Assembly (NCBI GenBank): GCA_963765765.1
Contig: CAVXYC010000030.1
Coordinates: 96,001 to 160,000 of the forward strand
Source of the DNA: an uncultured Chloroflexia bacterium
GTDB lineage: Bacteria; Chloroflexota; UBA6077; JACCZL01
Reading direction: 5' to 3'
DNA length: 64,000 bases
Within the stretch, counting starts at the first letter, position 1. Every line of letters starts with the position of its first letter. The position numbers and the translations under genes were made by a program. The notes under the pieces were generated by a model that did not search any database, had not been told where the DNA came from, and was given only the letters and a program-made list of their open reading frames with translations. Shown here one piece after another: positions 19,925 to 29,592 of this stretch.

Positions 19925-21098
19925 ATGCAGACCACATCGACCGAGACGCGACGCGGCGAAGAGACCTGGAACATGCGACTGGTGGGCCACACGGACATGA
20001 ACGGCCACGGTGACGGCATGCACATCAATCTGAAGGATGGCTTCGCCTTCGTGGCGCACATGGGTGACAGCCGCGTGGGCACGTCAATTGTGGACGTGAG
20101 CGATCCGACTAAGCCACGGGTCGTGAACGAGATCCTCACCCCGCCAGGGACCCATTCTCACAAGGTCCAGATCGTTGGCGACATTCTGGTGGTCAATAAC
20201 GAGCGCAACCCCGAGGAGCGCGACGCAAAGGAATGGGCGCACGGGCTGCGACTCTTCGATGTTTCGAAGGCCGATCAGCCCCGAGAAGTGGGATTCTTCA
20301 ACACGCCCGGCAAGGGCGTGCATCGCATGACCTACTGGCATGAGCCATTCGTCACGATGAGCGGAAGCGACGAGGGCTACACCGACCAGTTCTTCATCGC
20401 CGCGGACCTCTCCGATCCGTCCAATCCGAAGGAGGTTGGCCGTTGGTGGAATGCCGGGCATGAATGCCGCCGCGGGTGAAGAGCGAACCTGGCCGCAGGG
20501 TCGACGCTGCGCCATGCACCACGCCATCTTCCGTGGCGATCGTGCGTATGTCGGTTGGTGGGATTCCGGCCTGGTGATCCTGGACGTTTCCGATCTCACC
20601 AAGCCGTCGCTAGTCAGCCATCTCGACTTCGGCGCAGACGTCAGTGGTTGTACCCACACGGCGCTACCCATCGCCGATTCCAATTACCTGGTTGTGACCG
20701 ATGAATCCACGCGTGATCCTGGTCAGGAAGTCCAGAAACAGGTGTGGGTGGTGGATATCGCTGACGAGCGCAATCCTAAGGTGGCGGCTCAGTTCCCAGT
20801 ACCTGAAGGTGATTTTGCTACGCGCGGCGGCCGGTTCGGCCCTCATAACATTCACGAGGGCAGGCCGGGGACGTTTCAGGATCCCAATACGATTTATTTG
20901 ACCTACTTCAATGCGGGCGTGCGAGTGGTGGACATCTCAAATCCGCTTGAGCCTAGAGAGATCGCCTACTACGTGCCCGAGGCGCCGACCGGGCAGAAGG
21001 CGCCCGCGTTCAACGACATCCTGGTGGGAGCTGACGGACTGGTCTACGTGACTGATCGGTACCATGGCGGGCTCTACATCCTGGAGCACACGCGCTGA
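19925..21098 (+). CDS. LVIVD-repeat protein, indel near 20455
   Basis: NMRLVGHTD, SIVDVSDP, HSHKVQ, LVILDVSD, GRFGPHN, VRVVDISNP, YVTDR..GLYILE; GGGAGG RBS. Confidence 0.88.
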
Positions 21099-21106
21099 CG
21101 TGACTA

Positions 21107-21147
21107 AACATGCGAATGGCGGGCGATTCGCCCGCCATTCGCATGTT
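21107..21147. terminator. Bidirectional terminator hairpin
   Basis: 19-bp perfect stem AACATGCGAATGGCGGGCG-ATT-CGCCCGCCATTCGCATGTT between convergent genes. Confidence 0.85.
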
Positions 21148-21164
21148 GTTGTGCCCAGAGAAGG

Positions 21165-21624
21165 CTAGACGTACCGCGGGCGAACGTGGATATGAATCCA
21201 GACCAACGCCAGCGTGATGATCAGACCGAGTATGGAGAATGAGACGAGATCGTTCAGTAGGCCGACGGCCAGACCTATGCCGTAGATCCACCAGCCGGTG
21301 GCGCTCATGTGCCTTCATCTTCCATCCGCCAACGAAGCTCAAAGCGCTGCCGATGCCACCCAGTACGATGGCGAAGACACTACCCATGCCGGCACGGAGG
21401 CCTTCTGCTCCGGCGAGGACAAGAAACGGACTGAGCACGGCGCCGAATAGACCGAACACCACGGTGAAGATGAAGCCGATAGCGCCAAAGATGATGGCGA
21501 TCCAGGGGATCCACTTCACGTAAGCGTCCATGATCCCGGGAGGCGGCTCCGGGAGTTTTTCACGAGCTTGCTCTACGTAGTCCTCCCACCGTCCGCGAGA
21601 ACCGCTACTGCTCGAACTCATCAT
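21165..21624 (-). CDS. Hypothetical membrane protein, indel near 21305
   Basis: GGAGG RBS; YVKWIPWIAIIFG plus further hydrophobic segments; C-terminus WIHIHVRPRYV* in an alternative frame. Confidence 0.7.
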
Positions 21625-21785
21625 TGTGAGGCCTCCACAACTATCGAGCTCGCCGGCAGGTCGGTTGCGTTATGTCAGCGAGTTAACCGAAGCCTATGCT
21701 TTCCGCAAATCCACGGCAAGGATCTAATTTGCTAACCGCATTACGATGGATTCACAGTTTGCGAATGTCGCTGAGGTGAGCGCTT

Positions 21786-22266
21786 GTGACGCGTTCGATC
21801 GGGTCCATATTGCCCACCGTGTTGGTGGAGTTTCTGGATGGAGAGCGTCTGGAGACCAAGGTGGGCGATGCCATTCACTGCATCACCGTATCCGATGACG
21901 GCTGGCCCTACCTGGCATTGATCAGCGTCGGCGAGCTGCTAGCAACCGCACCGTCAAAGATGCGTCTAGCCGTCTGGCCCACCAGTACGACACGAAAAAA
22001 TCTGGATCGAGACGGTCGATGCGCATTGGCCCTGGTGCACGCGGAAATCAGCTACGTCATTCGCTGTCTGACCAGCCCCGCGGGTAGCATCGATCAACTT
22101 GACGGGCCTCCACTGAGTGTCTTCGACCTCGCCGTTGTGGACGTGCTCGGAGGACGTGGCGCCATATGCCACGCTCACTTCTGGCGTGACCTATGAGCTG
22201 CATAATCCGGACGCGGTCGTCGCGCGGTGGAAACGGACGATCGGTTTGCTGCGGTCGGAGTTGTAG
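21786..22266 (+). CDS. Pyridoxamine 5'-phosphate oxidase-like FMN-binding protein, indel near 22150
   Basis: TVSDDGWPYLALISVGE, STTRKNLDRDGR, then EDVAPYATLTSGVTY..RW in a shifted frame. Confidence 0.8.
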
Positions 22267-22340
22267 CTTCGATTGCGAGCCCCTCACCCAACACTTGCAC
22301 CTCCAAGTAGCCCGCTCGTCGAGTATGCGACCATAGTCGA

Positions 22341-23183
22341 ATGCTGCCTTTGTTCCTGGCATTTCTCGCCAGCATCTCCTGGGGAGTCGGTGATTTTCTT
22401 GGTGGGCTGAAGTCACGAGTATTGCCGTTACTGGTGGTCTTGTCTGTGGCTCAGTTAGTCGGTCTGCTGGCGATCGGTATCATTGTCATGATCCGCGGCA
22501 GTGGTCCGCCCGATTCGGACTTCGTCCCCTTTGCAGTGGCCGGCGGCGTGGCCGTCTCGGTTGGCATTGGCGCGTTCTTCCGAGCCCTGGCGATTGGCAC
22601 GATGAGTGTCGTGGCGCCCATCTCGGCCGTGGGGTCCGCCGTTCCCGTTGTCTACGGCATTCTGTTAGGTGAACGCCCAGGCACCGGGCAGATCTTCGGA
22701 ATCGTCTTGGCCATCCTGGGCGTTGTCCTGGCGGCGCGTGAGCCGCCCAAGCCCGGTGAATCAAGTGGAACCGTGGCGACGGGGGCCGGCCTTGCCGTAG
22801 TGGCGGCGCTGGGCTTCGGACTGTTTCTCACGACGATGCACCGAGCGAGTGAGGACGATGCTTTTTGGGCGACGCTGGTCCAGCGCGCCACGGCCATGGC
22901 TATATTCGCAGTACTGCTGCTGGCGAGGCGGCCGTCGTTCAAGACGGCCCGGCCACATACAGTCGGGCTGATTGCCATTGGCCTGTTGGATGTGACCGCG
23001 GCCGTGCTCTTCGCCGTGGCTTCATCGCAAGGGCTGGTCAGTTTAATCGCGGTTATGGCATCGCTGTATCCCATCGTCACGGTTCTTCTGGCACACGTCA
23101 TTCTGGGGGAGCGTTTGGCGCTGAGCCAACGGGTTGGTGCTGGCGCGGCGTTCGCCGGCGTAGGACTGATCTCACTCGCTTAG
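22341..23183 (+). CDS. EamA/DMT family transporter
   Basis: WGVGDFLGG, GTMSVVAPIS, LGERP, SLYPIVTVLLA..LGERL; 10 TM. Confidence 0.92.
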   Translation: MLPLFLAFLASISWGVGDFLGGLKSRVLPLLVVLSVAQLVGLLAIGIIVMIRGSGPPDSDFVPFAVAGGVAVSVGIGAFFRALAIGTMSVVAPISAVGSAVPVVYGILLGERPGTGQIFGIVLAILGVVLAAREPPKPGESSGTVATGAGLAVVAALGFGLFLTTMHRASEDDAFWATLVQRATAMAIFAVLLLARRPSFKTARPHTVGLIAIGLLDVTAAVLFAVASSQGLVSLIAVMASLYPIVTVLLAHVILGERLALSQRVGAGAAFAGVGLISLA

Positions 23184-23194
23184 GAGCTACACCA

Positions 23195-24103
23195 ATGGGT
23201 CACATCGGACTGACCTTACCTATCTCCACACCGGATCATTCGCCAGACACGGTGCTTCGCTGCGCGCGGTTGGCTGAGGACGCCGGTGCTCATTCCCTCT
23301 GGACCATCGATCGACTGACCTTCGGCAATCAGGAGCCGTTACTCGGGTTGGCCGCGGCCGCGGCAATCACTACCAGCGTCAAGCTGGGAACCAGCGTGCT
23401 CCTGGGCACGTTGCGCGGTCCCGCGATGCTGGCCAAGCAAATCGCCACGCTGGATCAGCTCTCAGGCGGTCGCGTCATCCTGGGCCTCGGGGTAGGGAGC
23501 CGTACGGATGATTTTGAGGCCGCCGGCGTGCCGTTCGAGCATCGCGGCACCCGAGCCGAGGAGATGGTGGACATCTTGCGACTGGCCTGGTCCGGCGAGC
23601 CGGTGAAGTATCAGGGCCAGTTCTATTCCATGGATGTCGGGCCCATCGGACCCCGCCCGATCCAGTCACGCATTCCCATCTGGTTCGGGGGCAGCGCCCA
23701 GCCGGCGCTGCGGCGCGCCGGCCGCATTGCCGATGGGTTCATCGGCGGCTCCAGTCGCGGCGCCGAGGGTTTTCGAGAGAGTATGGAGACCGTCAAAGAT
23801 TCGGCGGCGTCAGCGGGACGCGATCCCGAAGCGCTGAGCGGCGCGACGCTCATGATGGTGAGCCTGGATGACGATCGAGAGCGAGCTCGACAGCGAGCCT
23901 TCGACTACCAGGCAAATTACTACAGCGCGGCGCGAGCAAATCCGGACCAGTGCGTGCTGGGCTCGGTGGACGAATGCGCCGCGCAGGTACGTCCGTATCT
24001 CGAGGTCGGGGCGGACGTTCTGATCATCAGCCCGGTCACGTCAGATATCGACCACTACGCGCGCATTTGCTCTGAGCTCTTACCCAAGCTCTCCGATTAT
24101 TAG
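23195..24103 (+). CDS. LLM-class flavin-dependent oxidoreductase
   Basis: AEDAGAHSLWTIDR, LAKQIATLDQLSGGRVILGLGVG, IPIWFGG, RRAGRIADG; AGGAG RBS. Confidence 0.92.
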   Translation: MGHIGLTLPISTPDHSPDTVLRCARLAEDAGAHSLWTIDRLTFGNQEPLLGLAAAAAITTSVKLGTSVLLGTLRGPAMLAKQIATLDQLSGGRVILGLGVGSRTDDFEAAGVPFEHRGTRAEEMVDILRLAWSGEPVKYQGQFYSMDVGPIGPRPIQSRIPIWFGGSAQPALRRAGRIADGFIGGSSRGAEGFRESMETVKDSAASAGRDPEALSGATLMMVSLDDDRERARQRAFDYQANYYSAARANPDQCVLGSVDECAAQVRPYLEVGADVLIISPVTSDIDHYARICSELLPKLSDY

Positions 24104-24237
24104 GCCGAAAAGTTCAGGGGGTTTTCAGGTCCTCCGAATCTCCATCGCGGCATGAGACGTGCGTGACTATCAAGCCGACTAGATTGACCGTGCGAAGCGG
24201 CTCGGACTGGATCTCAGGAATTTTGTGGAGGGACATC

Positions 24238-24450
24238 ATGGGTCGTGGCCCAATAGTGTTTCTGGTAATCATGGCAGCAGTCGTGGCGGCGGCGCAATTT
24301 TTCATACGGCGCAGGCGCCAACAAAAAAAGGACCTCGTCGGTCGTATGAGCAACCAGCTTGGAGGCCTTTCGCGGAGTAAGCCGGTTGAGAAGCTCGTGG
24401 ACGACGCTGATGTCCTCCTCAAGGAGATCCGTAGGCAACTCAAGCGGTAG
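24238..24450 (+). CDS. Small membrane-anchored protein (70 aa)
   Basis: GGAGGG RBS; N-terminal TM followed by a basic patch; terminator downstream. Confidence 0.7.
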   Translation: MGRGPIVFLVIMAAVVAAAQFFIRRRRQQKKDLVGRMSNQLGGLSRSKPVEKLVDDADVLLKEIRRQLKR

Positions 24451-24486
24451 TTGAAAAGAGCGCTTCCGTGGGACGCGCTCAATGTG

Positions 24487-24521
24487 ACGGGGATCGATCG
24501 GTCTATCGATCCCCGTTTTTT
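24487..24521 (+). terminator. Rho-independent terminator
   Basis: ACGGGGATCGAT-CGGTCT-ATCGATCCCCGT followed by a T run. Confidence 0.88.
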
Positions 24522-24648
24522 GTTGCGCTCAGCTCAAGCCTTCCCACCCATTCACTTCTGTGCAATCTATTGGCCGTATGTCACCTCATGCCAGAATCTG
24601 GCATAGAAGGTGCTTCAGGCGTCACCACGAATGTCAGAGGAGTGGGTC

Positions 24649-24774
24649 ATGTCTCGGTGTCAGCATTGCAAAGGTGATGATTTGGTGTGGTTCACACCAC
24701 GACGTTTCGGTCGTCCAGGCATCGTTCTGTGTCGGTTGTGCGATCGCGTAAGTGTGCTTCTAAGCCGCATGTAG
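24649..24774 (+). CDS. 41-aa zinc-ribbon microprotein (not in the ORF track)
   Basis: GAGGAG 6 nt before the ATG; MSRCQHCKGDDLVWFTPRRFGRPGIVLCRLCDRVSVLLSRM*; CxxC-x20-CxxC. Confidence 0.7.
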   Translation: MSRCQHCKGDDLVWFTPRRFGRPGIVLCRLCDRVSVLLSRM

Positions 24775-24778
24775 TGGC

Positions 24779-27403
24779 TCAGGGCGTCGGAGGAGCGGAC
24801 GCTTGCTCCGACGGTTTCGTACCAACGAGTATCCGGCCACGGGCCGGGGCGTACCTGCTGGTGAGATTGAGCGTCCGTGGGCTCGTCTCGCCCGATGCGA
24901 TCACCGAGCGTTGAAGACTTACACTGAAGCCATCTGACCGATCCTCGATCCACGCCTCCTGACCCATGGGAGCCGACGGATCTTCGTGCCGTTCCGGTTC
25001 GTCATCCGGCGGCGTCGTTGCGGTGATCACAGGCTCCAGGACTTGCACGGTCCAGGTGGGCCTGGTGCCGTACAGCGCCACAATGGCGTTGTCTCCGTAT
25101 ATGGAGGACTGAATCAGTAACGGCTGCGGGGTGTTGTTCGTGAATCGGAAGTCCCGGTTCTCCGCCGCGTCCACTACCGCGTCAAGGCCTGGCTGGCCGC
25201 GCGGTGGTTCGCCTGCCCGAACGGTCCAGTGGGCCGGAGCCTGACGCTCTTCAATGCCGTAACCGGTCCAGAAGACGACCTGGGCAAGTGACGACGCGAC
25301 CAGGTTCACTCCGCGCGCGATCACGGATGCATCATCCGGCGCCGATCGGTATCCTCGGCCCTCATTCACGGTACCCAGCGCGTCCAGTAAGGAGAAGGTC
25401 TGGCCCGGCAAGACGAGTCGACCGTGCAGGTCGCCCAGCGCCCGATCCGTATTGGCTCGAGTCCACTGATCGAGCCCGCCAAGCGGCAGCGACGCGTCCA
25501 GTACAAGCTCACGAATATTGAGCGTACCCGGCGTCGTCCAGGCCCAGGGCATGTACCGGCTGTGGGGGGAGTGTCGCGGGTCCGCCCTGAATCAGCACCT
25601 GCTGCTCCAGGGCAGCAGCCGCTGTGCTGAGATCGAGCTGCTGGCCGTCAGCTCCTGGCACGGCCACGCTCAGACCACCCGGTGACCAGTTGAATCGCGC
25701 GTGGACGGGAGGGCGCGCCACGCGCTCAGCGAGTGGCCGCAGTAGTCGGCTTGTCTCACCATCCAGCAGATGGAGCGACACCTGTGAGCGACCGTCGACG
25801 TGCGCTTTTCGCACACTCAAGATGGATGCAATTTGGGATCGATCCAATTGAATCGATTCATTGCCGGAGGTCACCGTGAGAGGTTGCGCCAGCATTCGCT
25901 CTGCCATGGCTCGGGGGGCGGCCAGGTCAGCCTCTGACACGTTGGGAGGAACCTCAGCGGTAGGAAGGCGAAGTGTTCCCGCGCCCAGCGCCTGCAACCG
26001 ATCACGGATTACTTCGGCGCTGGCGGATCGATCCAGTGTTCGACCGGCCCTGCTCGCCTGGATTCGAACGGTTCCAGATGGCTCAATGAGCATGGCCGCG
26101 TCCTGGGCCACGCCGGTGGTGGACTCCACCCGCTCAGCCAGGGGCGTGAGCGCGGCCTCCATTCGGGCATCATCTACCTGATAGACCAACGGAGTATCGC
26201 GCTCCAGAACCAGTCCACGGGCCTGTTCAAAAAGCTGTCGAGCCAGAGTGCCGCTGCGGCCAATCTGGAGTGCGCGTTGAGCCGTTGCGGCCGCGTCGAA
26301 CCGGACACCCAGCTCGCCGGCCGCGAGGTAGAACTCCTGCCCGGCAATTTCCAGCGTGATCGCCTGGCGGGCGTATTCAGCGAATTGTGTTTCCAGAGCC
26401 CGCGTAGCCTCGTCCACGGAGCGTCCGCCCAGGTCCACACTCAAGGCGTGCACGCCCGGGTAGATACGCTGATTGAACGCGAGCTGGTAGAGCCAGATGG
26501 CCCCCAGCCCAACAAGAACAACGGCTAACGCGACGATGCCCGCGAACTTGGCCGGGCTACTCCAGATTGGTTCGGGTAAAGCAGCTTCAACGGAGCTTGG
26601 CTGACTGGCCACCGACGGCGCGGGAGTGTCCGTGGCCTGCACCACTGGCTCGACGATCAGGACGATGACGCTAATGTCGTCGCTGCTCCCGGCCGTACGT
26701 GCCGCGCGCACGAGTCGATCCGCCGCGCCACGAGCGTCTTCACCGTGACAGCTCTAGCAATGGCGGCATCGTCGAGCGTAGCGCTGAGCCCATCGGTGCA
26801 CAGCACAATCACATCACCGTCCTGGAGCGGCTCCTCTAGAAGGTCCACCGCCACATCCGCCGCTGCGCCAAGTAGACGGGTTGGAGCACTTTTGAGTGGG
26901 TGATCCTGAAGCCGCGATCGGTCAAGGCCCTGCAACTCTTGCTCCCCGGCCCACGTGTGATCCTGAGTTAGCTGCCGCGCCCGGCCATGGCGAATGAGAT
27001 ATGCGCGACTGTCGCCCACATGGCCGATGATGAGTCGACTGTTATGCACCACGGCCGCGGTGCACGTGGATGCCATGCCTCGTAGCGATGCGTCGTTGGC
27101 CGCGAGGCCCAGGATGGATTGACCGGCCTCCCGTAACGATCGATCCAGTGTGGCCGTAGGTGAGCCGTCGAACGCACGCCGATAGGTCTCGAGCGTGGAT
27201 TCCACGGCTGTCTGGCTGGCCACCTGGCCGCTGTCGCGCGGACCAACGCCATCGGCCACCACGTAGACCACGCCCATGCGCGCCCGCGTGGTCATCAGGT
27301 CAGGCGCCCATCGACCCACGGCGTCCTGGTTGACTTCGCGCCCCGGCGCCACGATGGATACCTGCGCGCTGGCCGCCACTCCGAGCGCGCCTGTCTCAGG
27401 CAC
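24779..27403 (-). CDS. PP2C/PPM Ser/Thr phosphatase - TM - peptidoglycan-binding (PG_binding_4-like) - VanW-like - G5-like fusion, two indels
   Basis: REVNQD, VVADGVG, HVGDSRAY, QLTQDH, LCTDGL; final PP2C motif GSSDDISVIV is in frame with the TM and ectodomain; LVLPGQTFSLLDALG, DFRFTNNTPQPLLI, YGTRPTW (VanW-like); DGFSVSLQRSV..SRYAP. Confidence 0.82.
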
Positions 27404-27407
27404 GATT

Positions 27408-27519
27408 GCGAGTGAAGAGTGAACAGTGAAGAGTGAACAGTGGACAGAGTCCCGGTGATTCCTGGGATCGTGCTCGCCAGATCCCGCGTTTCACTCTTAA
27501 CTCTTCACTCTTCACTCGC
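27408..27519. repeat. Inverted arrays of a 7-bp tandem repeat
   Basis: (AGTGAAG/AGTGAAC) x5 at 27411-27445 and complementary (CTTCACT) x4 at 27489-27516. Confidence 0.88.
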
Positions 27520-27573
27520 CCGAAGGCACTCTGTCCTATAATCGGCAGGTCCTGTCCGCGTCCCGGGGATTCA

Positions 27574-28209
27574 ATGACAGCGCGTCGCGCAATACTCTTG
27601 ATCGTAGTCATAGAAGCGGTGTTTTGCGCGGCAGTTGCAAAGGCCGGGGGCAATCGTCCCAACCTCCACTTCGTTGAGGGTGGCATTGTCACCTGGGTGA
27701 ACGCCTTTCAGATCTTTGCGCTAAGTGTCGTTGCGGTCGCAGTGTACCGTGCGCGTAAAGACGAGAACGACTCAATGGGCGCCGCGTTCTGGCTCGTCGC
27801 CGCCGCCGGCGCCATCTTCTTGACGCTCGACGAAACATTCGAGTTTCACGAGCAGCTCGGCAACTATTTTCAAACCCACCGCTTCCCTCGTCCTCCGCTC
27901 CTGAACGGCTGGGGCGATGTCGTACTCATCGCGTACGCATTTCCGGTGCTCGGCATCTGCTGGTGGTTTCGCCGGGAGATCCTTGCGGATCCAGAAGTCC
28001 TCCGCTACCTGCTCCTGGGCGGCGGCGTTCTCGTGCTCTCGCAGCTCGTCGATACCTTCGGCGTACATCAGGGGCGAGAGCGCTTCTGGTGGTCCGTGTC
28101 CGAAGAATCGTCCAAGCTTATCGGATTTGGGATCCTCTTCGGCGCGGTGATCCTGAAGTGGTCCAAGGTCCGCCTCGCGCACCGGCAAGCCGCCCACGCG
28201 GCGAGCTAA
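27574..28209 (+). CDS. Hypothetical multi-pass membrane protein
   Basis: FVEGG, FLTLDETFEFHEQLG, SEESSKLIG; about 6 TM. Confidence 0.78.
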   Translation: MTARRAILLIVVIEAVFCAAVAKAGGNRPNLHFVEGGIVTWVNAFQIFALSVVAVAVYRARKDENDSMGAAFWLVAAAGAIFLTLDETFEFHEQLGNYFQTHRFPRPPLLNGWGDVVLIAYAFPVLGICWWFRREILADPEVLRYLLLGGGVLVLSQLVDTFGVHQGRERFWWSVSEESSKLIGFGILFGAVILKWSKVRLAHRQAAHAAS

Positions 28210-28259
28210 TTATCCGCCCAGCTGCCACAGTCGACGGCTACCTAACATGATCAGGGTTC

Positions 28260-28348
28260 TTGTCATCCTGGAGCGCAGCGAAGGATCTTGCCCAACGGAT
28301 TCCAGGGCCCCGGCGGGGAAGATCCTTCGCTGCGCTCCAGGATGACAA
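28260..28348. repeat. REP-like inverted repeat pair (TGTCATC family), copy 2
   Basis: TTGTCATCCTGGAGCGCAGCGAAGGATCTT ... AAGATCCTTCGCTGCGCTCCAGGATGACAA. Confidence 0.88.
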
Positions 28349-28827
28349 CCAGGCGTAAACCGTAACCAGAACTCCTCGCTTCGGGTGCGCCCAGATCACA
28401 AGTCCCGCGCTCACAGCTACGGCAATCAGCGGCGGAACGTCCGCACTCGTTTGAACTCCAGCGGCTCACCCCGAATTGTGCTCAGCGCAATCGCTGCCAG
28501 ACCGAGTAAGTAAAGCTGAATCGCCGCCGTCCGCTCCAGCGGCGTCCGGCTCGCATTGAAAGGCGCCACCACCGGCGCCACGAACCACAACGAGATCATG
28601 TAGTTCTGCATGTGGCCAATCGGCTCAGCTATGCTCCACCTCCAGCTACCCGGTGCAAAAGAACCCCACGACCAGCAGAAAGAGCCTAGATGACCGCGTC
28701 GATGCGCAGCGCCAGCTTGAGCCTCGCGTCCAAGTCCAGCCCCCGGTGTGCGCGAAATCCGTTTAGAAGAATACATCCGTCAGTAGTCTCGATTGACAGC
28801 CGGCCATTTTTACAGAAAAATACTCGC

Positions 28828-29097
28828 ATGAAGACCACCGTGGAATTCCCAGACGAGCTGATGGAGGAAGTGAAGATCGAGGCGGCAAGGCGTCGAAAGA
28901 AGCTGAAAGATCTTGTGCCAGAGCTTGTTCGCGCCGGTTTGGAGTCGCATCGGAAGAATGAGTCAACGAAGCGACACATGACACCCGACGAGGCCGCGGC
29001 TTGGGTAGTGAATCTCAGAGCTATGGGAGACGAGATGCAGCGTCATTCGCAGGATCCGCGGACTCTGGTTCAGATCCTCAACGATGATCGCCGTTGA
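28828..29097 (+). CDS. VapB-like ribbon-helix-helix antitoxin
   Basis: MKTTVEFPDELMEEVKIEAARR..LKDLV; TTGACA at 28793; TTGA overlap with the PIN gene. Confidence 0.82.
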   Translation: MKTTVEFPDELMEEVKIEAARRRKKLKDLVPELVRAGLESHRKNESTKRHMTPDEAAAWVVNLRAMGDEMQRHSQDPRTLVQILNDDRR

Positions 29098-29527
29098 GTC
29101 TCACGGTCGATGCAAACATCTGGCTTGCCGCCGCTGATCCGCACGAGCCAAGTCAGGATATATGCGCGCGCTTCCTCACACTTGCGCTTAGCACGAATGA
29201 GTCCTCTTGAGTCTCCGCTGCTGTTACAGGTCGAGATCGCCGGGGCAACTTCCCGAAAGACAGGTAACAGCGACGACGCTCGCAACGTCACGCTCGAGAT
29301 CGTGAGCATCGCGGCGCATCGATGGCACGCCCTAGACGAGTACCTCGCATCTGCTGCTTCGGCGCTTGCGGGAGAACTGGGCTGCGAGGTGCTGACGCAG
29401 TTTACGCAGCCGTCGCAGCATATACGGGCAGCACGCTTATCACCCTGGATAGTCAGCCCAGGCGCGGACTAACCAACACATTTCCGTGATGACACCCGAT
29501 GGCTGGATCGCGGCACGCACGACTTGA
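29094..29527 (+). CDS. vapC: PIN-domain (VapC) toxin, several indels
   Basis: Manual translation across frames: LTVDANIW, LLQVEIAGA, RGADAVYAAVA, LITLD. Confidence 0.78.
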
Positions 29528-29592
29528 CTTCGGCCATCATCTCATCAAAGATTCTCGCCGCGCAGTGAAGCAAGCAGCGTGAATGCGATCGC

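Noticed and set aside
24779-25552. Vancomycin resistance locus
   Set aside because: A VanW-like domain only; no vanHAX or vanRS genes
27408-27519. CRISPR array
   Set aside because: 7-bp tandem units with no unique spacers and no cas genes; no CRISPR-like array seen anywhere in the window
28426-28776. 116-aa minus-strand ORF as a gene
   Set aside because: No RBS or recognisable family, and stops in the likely alternative frames; at most a decayed membrane-protein fragment
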